Positions 57,857-64,000 of a stretch of 64,000 nt of DNA are shown here, in pieces. Every line of letters begins with the position of its first letter. Within the stretch, counting starts at the first letter, position 1. The stretch is from assembly GCA_035299425.1 (NCBI GenBank), contig DATGWP010000167.1, forward strand, positions 17,155 to 81,154. The letters run 5' to 3'. A model generated the notes under the pieces. That model ran no database searches, was not told the DNA's origin, and worked only from the letters and a program-made list of their open reading frames with translations. The stretch comes from Chitinophagales bacterium (GTDB taxonomy: Bacteria; Bacteroidota; Bacteroidia; Chitinophagales; LD1). A program made the translations under genes and the position numbers.

Positions 57857-59197
57857 ATGCAAGTTGAACAGCTATATCAAAAGTATTTAGCCTCTACGGG
57901 TGTAACCACCGATACCCGTAACATTGGCCAGGGCAATATCTTTTTTGCCCTGAAGGGTGAAAAATTTAATGCGAATGAGTTTGCCGCCGAAGCGCTAAAC
58001 AAAGGTGCTGCTTGCGTAGTGATAGATGAATTAATAAACCCGCATTGGCAAACCGAATACGGCGACAGGCTGATACTGGTTGATGATGTGCTTACAACCT
58101 TGCAGCAACTATCCGGCTACCACAGGCAACAACTAAACTGCCCGGTAATAGCCATAACCGGTAGCAACGGCAAAACAACCACCAAAGAACTTGTAGCTGC
58201 TGTGTTGGCTAAAAAATACCGCACCTATGCTACCAAAGGCAACCTGAATAACCACATAGGTATACCGCTTACACTGTTGAGCATAAAGGATGATGTGGAG
58301 ATGGCTGTGATAGAAATGGGCGCGAACCACCAAGGCGAAATAGCGGGCTATTGCGAATATGTAAAACCCGACTATGGACTAATAACCAATGTAGGCAAGG
58401 CACACCTGGAGGGTTTTGGAGGCTTTGAGGGCGTGGTAAAAGGCAAAACAGAGTTATATCGGGATATTGCAGCACGCAAAGGCAAGGTTTTCATTAACCG
58501 CAATAATGAAATACTGGCACTTATTTGGGCTGGGCTGGCATCCAGAGCCAGTTTCGAAAAAGGTTCAACTATTACATATGGCTCTTCTTCTGATGTATTT
58601 AGCAGCGGTATAATAAAGGCGGGCACAGAGTTTCTTACGATTTCCACCGAAGGCTTGGATATTTCCACCAACCTGCTAGGCGATTACAACTTCGAAAATG
58701 TAATGAGCGCTATATGCATAGGTAAATATTTTGAGGTGCCGCTGCCTGCTATAAAAAACGCCATTGAAACTTATACGCCAACCAATAACCGGTCGCAAAA
58801 AATTGAGTGGGGCAGCAATACAATTATTCTTGATGCATATAATGCCAACCCAAGCAGCATGATAGAGGCCTTAAAGAATTTTGAAAAGTACATTGCTGGC
58901 GATAACACTAAAAAGGGCATAGCCATTATAGGGCAAATGATGGAGCTTGGCGAATACGCTGCACAGGAGCACGAAAAAATATTTGCTGCAGCTAATACCT
59001 CGGCATGGCAGAATATAAAGCGGGTGTTTGTAGGCAAAGGGTTTGAAATGGTAAAGCACTTATCTGCAAGTAACCTGCTTTGGTTTGAAACCACTGATGA
59101 GGTGAAGCATTGGTTTAAGCAGCAGGCATTTGAAAATACACTCCTACTTATAAAAGGCTCACGCAAAAATGAGCTGGAGAAAATTTTGAAAAATTAA
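57857..59197 (+). CDS. murF: UDP-N-acetylmuramoyl-tripeptide--D-alanyl-D-alanine ligase
   Basis: TTDTRN, AITGSNGKTTTKE, GNLNNHIGIPLT, EMGANH, DAYNANPSS, KGSR. Confidence 0.96.
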   Translation: MQVEQLYQKYLASTGVTTDTRNIGQGNIFFALKGEKFNANEFAAEALNKGAACVVIDELINPHWQTEYGDRLILVDDVLTTLQQLSGYHRQQLNCPVIAITGSNGKTTTKELVAAVLAKKYRTYATKGNLNNHIGIPLTLLSIKDDVEMAVIEMGANHQGEIAGYCEYVKPDYGLITNVGKAHLEGFGGFEGVVKGKTELYRDIAARKGKVFINRNNEILALIWAGLASRASFEKGSTITYGSSSDVFSSGIIKAGTEFLTISTEGLDISTNLLGDYNFENVMSAICIGKYFEVPLPAIKNAIETYTPTNNRSQKIEWGSNTIILDAYNANPSSMIEALKNFEKYIAGDNTKKGIAIIGQMMELGEYAAQEHEKIFAAANTSAWQNIKRVFVGKGFEMVKHLSASNLLWFETTDEVKHWFKQQAFENTLLLIKGSRKNELEKILKN

Positions 59198-59235
59198 AAC
59201 AAGTACGGAGAGCATTTGACTGCTGCTCAAAATCA

Positions 59236-59267
59236 TTTGGCGCTTTCCTTCTCAAGGCGTAAACTTG
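59236..59267 (+). promoter_or_regulatory. Candidate sigma-A promoter TTTG-N20-TAAACTTG for the small Cys-rich ORF / mbnPH unit
   Basis: -33 TTTG at 59236-59239 and -7 at 59260-59267 (one mismatch), with canonical spacing; TTG start only 7 nt downstream. Confidence 0.5.
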
Positions 59268-59274
59268 CAGTGCT

Positions 59275-59646
59275 TTGAAAAAACTACTGTCTGTTTTTTT
59301 GGTTGTAACCATTATATCGCAAACGCTTATCAGCGTAGGCGTAGTGTTGCATTATCAGGCCAACAAAGCATATATAAGCCAGCAGCTTTGCGAAAACCGC
59401 AATAACCCTATGGCCCATTGCAAAGGACACTGCTACTTAAGCAAGCAATTGAAAAAAGCCGAAGAAGGCGAGCAGAAACAATCGAGAAACATTTTGAAAG
59501 AAAAAGACGAGATAATTTCTTGTACTACCAAAACGGCACCTGCTAAGTATTACCCGGCTTTTTCTGCCATAATATATACTCCCCACCAGGAAAACAAACC
59601 GCCTACCGATTGTACCGGAAGCCTGCTTAAGCCACCAACTGCTTAG
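59275..59646 (+). CDS. Small exported Cys-rich protein (DUF2946/CruR-like upstream ORF candidate)
   Basis: N-terminal hydrophobic segment, LCENRNNPMAHCKGHCYLSKQL, C-terminal LLKPPTA; TTG start. Confidence 0.7.
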   Translation: MKKLLSVFLVVTIISQTLISVGVVLHYQANKAYISQQLCENRNNPMAHCKGHCYLSKQLKKAEEGEQKQSRNILKEKDEIISCTTKTAPAKYYPAFSAIIYTPHQENKPPTDCTGSLLKPPTA

Positions 59647-59759
59647 CCAATATTTTTTTGAAGAGGCTTCGCCTCTCTTTTCCGGGTTATCATATCATTA
59701 TCCTAATTGCTATGCGGCATTATGCGCGTATAGCGTAATCTTATTTAATATTCAAAAAC

Positions 59760-60554
59760 ATGAAAAAGAATTTCTTTTATATAGCTATTGCGTTTATCCT
59801 TTTCACTTCGGTATCGTCTTGCAAAAAAGAAGATACAGGACTTACCGGTAACGGGCCATTAACCTTACATTTTGACAACAGAGTTGGTAATGACAACTTT
59901 ATTATGAATACAGACGTAACCATCGAGTCGGGCGAAACGATAAACGTATCGAACCTGAAATACTATGTAAGCAACTTCGTTCTGGTAAAAGAAGACGGCT
60001 CTGAATATACTGTACCGCAAGAAGGCAACTACTTTCTGATAGATGAATCAGTAGATTCATCACTTGAAGTAACCCTGCAAAATATCCCGGCTGGCAACTA
60101 CACCAGCATAAAATATATTCTGGGTGTAGATAGCTTACGAAGCACCATGGATGTGTCTCAACGCACCGGCGCACTGGACCCTGCCGGCGCTGGTTCAGAC
60201 ATGTACTGGAGCTGGAACAGCGGCTATATATTCTTTAGAATAGATGCTACTTCGCCTGCCAGCACCGAAGTGGGTAATATGTGTATGTTCCATGTTGGCG
60301 GCTATGGTGGCTACTCTACACCAAGCGCCAACAATATCCGTAACATTACCCTGAGCGCTCCTCAAACAATACATGTGCGCGAAAATGAAAATCCGGAAGT
60401 ACACATTTTTGCTGATATACTTCAGGCTTTTAAAAGCCCCCAGGTCTATTCTATTGCAACTGATGGTGCAGTATTTCACATGGCCCCGGGCTCTGGAACA
60501 AAAATGGCCAATAACTATGTAGATATGTTTACCATTGACCATGTACATGAATAA
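59760..60554 (+). CDS. mbnP: MbnP-family copper-binding lipoprotein
   Basis: Lipobox VSSC; LKYYVSNFVL, MYWSWNSGYIF (WxW), FHVGGYG; sits directly before a di-heme enzyme. Confidence 0.82.
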   Translation: MKKNFFYIAIAFILFTSVSSCKKEDTGLTGNGPLTLHFDNRVGNDNFIMNTDVTIESGETINVSNLKYYVSNFVLVKEDGSEYTVPQEGNYFLIDESVDSSLEVTLQNIPAGNYTSIKYILGVDSLRSTMDVSQRTGALDPAGAGSDMYWSWNSGYIFFRIDATSPASTEVGNMCMFHVGGYGGYSTPSANNIRNITLSAPQTIHVRENENPEVHIFADILQAFKSPQVYSIATDGAVFHMAPGSGTKMANNYVDMFTIDHVHE

Positions 60555-60603
60555 GATATTGAAACAACCGGGCGCTTACAATCGCCCGGTTGCTATTTCA
60601 AAA

Positions 60604-61638
60604 ATGAAAACGCTATTCCTCCTGTTTTGTGTAGGCCTTGTGACTATTTCTTCATGTAACAAGACGGGAAACACTAAGGAAGAAATAACTTTTTCCAGTC
60701 CATCCAACTTTCCTGCGCCTAAGTACAATTTTAACAACAACCCTGTTACAACCCAGGGATTTGAACTGGGCAGAAAATTGTTTTATGATGTTTCGCTTTC
60801 GCGCGATAACTCTACCAGCTGCGGGACGTGCCATTCTTCATTTTCTTCGTTTACACATCACGGGCATGCGGTTAGCCACGGCATAGACAATAAACTTGGT
60901 ATACGCAACGCTCCACCGGTGATGAATATGGCCTGGCTGGATGAGTTTATGTGGGATGGAGGCATTAACCAACTGGATATGCTGCCTATTGCACCTATAG
61001 AAAACCCCGTAGAAATGGACCTGGAGTTTGCCGATGCGGTTAATAAAATACGGAATAACCCGGCTTATCCTCCACTGTTTAAATCGGCATTTGGTTCCGA
61101 AGAGGTTAGCGGCCCCAGGCTTCTGCAAGCCTTAAGCCAGTTTATGAATATGCTGGTTAGTGCAAACTCTAAATTTGACAAATGGAAACGCGGTGAAGAT
61201 GGAGTAACTCTTACACCGGAGGAAAATGAAGGGTATCAGTTGTTTGCTCAAAAAAAATGCAGCAGCTGCCACAGTACCGATTTGTTTACCGACCAGAAGT
61301 TTCACAATAACGGAATTAAGAATAGCTTTTTGATTGATAGTGGCCGCACCCATATTACAAACCGTGCCGAAGACATTGGCAAATTTAAAACCCCATCGCT
61401 TCGCAATCTGCAGTATACGAGGCCCTTTATGCACGATGGCAGCATCTCGACCCTTGAAGGGGTTTTAGATCATTATAGCAGTGAGGTTAAGATATCGGCT
61501 ACACTGGATACAGTTCTAAACAACAATGGAGCCTTAGGCATTCCACTTACTTCAGATGAGAAGGCTAAAATTATTATGTTCCTTAACACGCTTAACGATC
61601 CGGGCTTTGTAACGGACAGGCGCTTTGCCGAGCAGTAA
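60604..61638 (+). CDS. mbnH: MbnH/MauG-type di-heme cytochrome c enzyme, lipoprotein (ORF track start 60535)
   Basis: Two CxxCH (SCGTCH, CSSCH), FMWDGG, KFKTPSLRN, MHDG with Tyr at His+14 (VLDHY), the MauG-type rather than the Met/CcP-type ligand position. Confidence 0.82.
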   Translation: MKTLFLLFCVGLVTISSCNKTGNTKEEITFSSPSNFPAPKYNFNNNPVTTQGFELGRKLFYDVSLSRDNSTSCGTCHSSFSSFTHHGHAVSHGIDNKLGIRNAPPVMNMAWLDEFMWDGGINQLDMLPIAPIENPVEMDLEFADAVNKIRNNPAYPPLFKSAFGSEEVSGPRLLQALSQFMNMLVSANSKFDKWKRGEDGVTLTPEENEGYQLFAQKKCSSCHSTDLFTDQKFHNNGIKNSFLIDSGRTHITNRAEDIGKFKTPSLRNLQYTRPFMHDGSISTLEGVLDHYSSEVKISATLDTVLNNNGALGIPLTSDEKAKIIMFLNTLNDPGFVTDRRFAEQ

Positions 61639-61720
61639 CTAAAAAAGATTCTCTTTTTTTAGCACAGATTATTTAAGAAGCTTGGAGGGGCCTTTATTAT
61701 TTGTGTTTAAATTGCAAGGT

Positions 61721-62851
61721 ATGCTAACCCTTACCAACAAAGAAGCCCGCAACATCATTCTCACCAGTCAAGGCTTGGCCGATAACTCTTTTGGCAAAAA
61801 GAAAGAGGGCGCCTTAAACGCTATAGAGCATTTAGGTTATGTGCAGATAGATACTATATCGGTAGTAGAGCGGGCACACCACCACACCATCTGGAGCAGG
61901 GTAAACGATTACCACAGAAAATATTTAGACGAATTAGTGGAAGATAAAAAGGTGTTTGAATACTGGAGCCATGCGGCAGCTTACCTGCCCATGCGCGATT
62001 ACCGGTTTAGCCTGATGAGAAAGAACCTATACGCTACCCGTAAGCTGGGCTGGTATTTTAATAAGCGCGCCACCAAATTTATTTATGACCGTATTAAAGC
62101 CGAAGGCCCGTTGCAATCAAAAGATTTTGAAGAGAAGAAAAAACAAGGCGGTTGGTGGAACTGGAAAGAGAGCAAAATTGCACTGGAGCAGCTTTATATG
62201 GAAGGCAAATTAATGGCAACAAGCCGCAAAGGTTTTCAGAAAGTATATGACCTTACCGAGCGTGTATTGCCTGCCGGTATAAATACAACGCCACCTACCG
62301 AAGGAGAATATGCCGAATACCTTATCCGCAAAATCGTTCGTGCCAATGGCATAGCTGCCAAAAGCGAAATGGGCTATCTGCGTCCCTACACTAAAGCATT
62401 GGTAGCAAAAACGCTTAACGAACTTATAGAGGGAAAGGAAATTATACCGGTAAAAGTAAAAGGCATAGAGAAGGATGTGTTTTACAGCACCGAAGCGAAC
62501 ATGGAGAACAACCTCACACAAAAAGCAAATAAGCAGGTTAAAATACTTTCGCCCTTTGATAACAGTGTAATACAGCGCAACCGGCTGAAGAACATCTTTG
62601 GCTACGACTATACTATTGAGTGCTATGTGCCTGAACCTAAACGTGTGTATGGCTACTTCTGCCTGCCTGTACTATTCGGTAATGACTTTATAGGCCGTAT
62701 GGACTGCAAAGCCGACCGCCAGAATGAAACCCTGATAGTAAAAAGCGCTTACTACGAAAAAGGATTTAAGCCCACTGCTAAATTCAAATCAGAATTTGAG
62801 AAAGAGATGAAGCTGTTTGCCAGGTTTAACGGGTGTGTCGCAATTAAATAA
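61721..62851 (+). CDS. YcaQ/AlkZ-family winged-helix DNA glycosylase (crosslink repair); ORF track start 61682
   Basis: LGYVQIDTISVVERAHHHTIWSR (QxD), FEYWSHAA, ILSPFDN, YTIECYVPEPKRVYGYF. Confidence 0.88.
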   Translation: MLTLTNKEARNIILTSQGLADNSFGKKKEGALNAIEHLGYVQIDTISVVERAHHHTIWSRVNDYHRKYLDELVEDKKVFEYWSHAAAYLPMRDYRFSLMRKNLYATRKLGWYFNKRATKFIYDRIKAEGPLQSKDFEEKKKQGGWWNWKESKIALEQLYMEGKLMATSRKGFQKVYDLTERVLPAGINTTPPTEGEYAEYLIRKIVRANGIAAKSEMGYLRPYTKALVAKTLNELIEGKEIIPVKVKGIEKDVFYSTEANMENNLTQKANKQVKILSPFDNSVIQRNRLKNIFGYDYTIECYVPEPKRVYGYFCLPVLFGNDFIGRMDCKADRQNETLIVKSAYYEKGFKPTAKFKSEFEKEMKLFARFNGCVAIK

Positions 62852-62872
62852 TTTTACATATTAGCGTCCTAT

Positions 62873-63592
62873 ATGAACTTTACATTACACTTATTCATCT
62901 TACTCTCTTTTATAGTCTTTAACATAAAGACAACCCAAGCTCAAAACAAAAATAGCGAAGACACCACCGGTAAAAAGAAATTAAGCAAAGCAGAACGTCT
63001 TGCAAAGAAGCATGCTACCTGGGATAGCTGCTTTATAGTTAAAGCAGAAGGAGATACTATTTATGGCAAAGTAGACCACCGTTACGACCAAAGTACATTG
63101 CTAAGCAGTTACATAAGTGATATGCTAATCTTCTTTGCTCACCCCGATGGGAAAGAAGAACAATTTATACCTAATGACTTAAAAGAGCTGTATGTATACA
63201 ACCTTGCCGATGGTTTTAAAAAATATGTGGTGTTGGATGATGAATACTACCTGTCTAACTATGGCATATTATATCGCGTATTGGTAGATGGGCCCTGTAA
63301 GCTTGTTGCCGACAGGGTAAAGTCTACATTGCCATTAAGTGTAGCCAGTGCGTTTCAGGAAGCCCATTACTATATACTTTACAAGAAAAAATTCACGCCC
63401 ATTAAAATTGCCTTCTCTGATGGAGGCGCAAATTCAGGCACAATCAATATTGCACCTGGTTTTATAAAAAAATGCGCTAAAGCTTTTGCCGAATGCCCTG
63501 CGTTGGTCCAACAAATTGAAAACAAAACTTTCCGTTCAGGAGATATACGTGAGATTGTAAAAGAATTCAATAATTGCATTAGCGTAAAATAG
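62873..63592 (+). CDS. Hypothetical exported protein
   Basis: Signal peptide ending TQAQ; GDTIYGKV motif; no confident family. Confidence 0.7.
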   Translation: MNFTLHLFILLSFIVFNIKTTQAQNKNSEDTTGKKKLSKAERLAKKHATWDSCFIVKAEGDTIYGKVDHRYDQSTLLSSYISDMLIFFAHPDGKEEQFIPNDLKELYVYNLADGFKKYVVLDDEYYLSNYGILYRVLVDGPCKLVADRVKSTLPLSVASAFQEAHYYILYKKKFTPIKIAFSDGGANSGTINIAPGFIKKCAKAFAECPALVQQIENKTFRSGDIREIVKEFNNCISVK

Positions 63593-63609
63593 GACGTTAT
63601 ATAACAGCT

Positions 63610-63999
63610 CTATTGAGCAGGTGCAGCTTTGGTTTCCTTTTCCTGCCTTTCCAGGTATTCTTTATACTCCTCTTCGCTGGTAATTATAACCGTATCACCG
63701 GCTTTAACCGATTTGGTTTTTATAGTATGGTAAATAGTTTCCATCCTGATAGTTGGTTGCTGCTGCGATGGCGCTGTGGAAGGGTTTGAAAATCCTCCTT
63801 CACTCTTAATCATCTGTTCAATTTCCGATTTTATATGTGGGTCTACCTCAATTTTATCGTTATGCACCAATAAAGGAAAACCTACTCCGCCCAATGCAGC
63901 CAAAAATATCACCCCTTTAAGCAGGGTCCATCCCCAACTGCCCCCGCCTTTAGATGGTTTGTAATTGTCCAGATTACTCTTGGCCGCAATACCCGTAGC
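63610..63999 (-). CDS. Hypothetical membrane protein, C-terminal part (5' end lies beyond the window)
   Basis: The frame of track ORF 63610-63912 stays open to the window end (...KGGGSWGWTLLKGVIFLAALGGVGFPLL..., one TM segment). Confidence 0.6.
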   Translation of the reverse strand, partial: ATGIAAKSNLDNYKPSKGGGSWGWTLLKGVIFLAALGGVGFPLLVHNDKIEVDPHIKSEIEQMIKSEGGFSNPSTAPSQQQPTIRMETIYHTIKTKSVKAGDTVIITSEEEYKEYLERQEKETKAAPAQ

Positions 64000-64000
64000 T

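Noticed and set aside
60604-61638. Ordinary cytochrome c peroxidase (CcpA)
   Set aside because: Tyr rather than Met at the distal-ligand position, and pairing with MbnP, favour the MbnH/MauG class.
61641-61660. AAAAAAGA-TTC-TCTTTTTT hairpin after mbnH as a terminator
   Set aside because: The stem is almost all A-T and too weak to call.
1-64000. tRNA, rRNA, riboswitch or insertion sequence
   Set aside because: Intergenic gaps are short (about 210 nt at most), and I recognised no cloverleaf, known riboswitch consensus, transposase or terminal inverted repeats.

Overview
Gene-dense window from a gliding Bacteroidota chromosome. The phylum call rests on T9SS porU/porV/porP, gldJ and TAnnTTTG promoter motifs; the exact lineage cannot be assigned here. 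Bases 1-29.6 kb hold the distal part of a large surface-glycan locus: about 13 glycosyltransferases, a GT11, a VioF-type sugar N-formyltransferase, methyl- and acyl-transferases and epimerases, with a PKD-repeat T9SS cargo and purN inserted near its end. Bases 30-47 kb hold a secreted collagen/phage-tail-fibre/S74 chimera, a membrane patatin-like protein, an orphan PhoP-like regulator, two tandem paralogous secreted hypotheticals and an OmpA-family protein. Bases 47-64 kb hold purF, porV-porU, porP, gldJ-murF, a small Cys-rich ORF followed by mbnP-mbnH, and ycaQ. No rRNA, tRNA, CRISPR array or transposase was seen. Five candidates for undescribed biology stand out. (1) A contiguous FemAB-like / CE4 deacetylase / GT4 / 2-epimerase / WbpB / AsnB block resembles a one-locus Wbp/Vim pathway for the T9SS cargo-anchoring sugar, predicting an aminoacyl-mannuronamide variant. 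(2) A tandem pair of secreted proteins share an HRGHS-x-GSCGG putative His-Cys protease domain. (3) A CruR/CutF-like Cys-rich upstream ORF with a C-terminal PP motif and leader hairpins precedes mbnPH. (4) Two paralogous antisense GT4 genes sit inside the glycan operon with overlapping promoter motifs. (5) A secreted tail-fibre-like trimeric fibre has no phage context. All functional calls come from motif recognition by eye; no database search was run.
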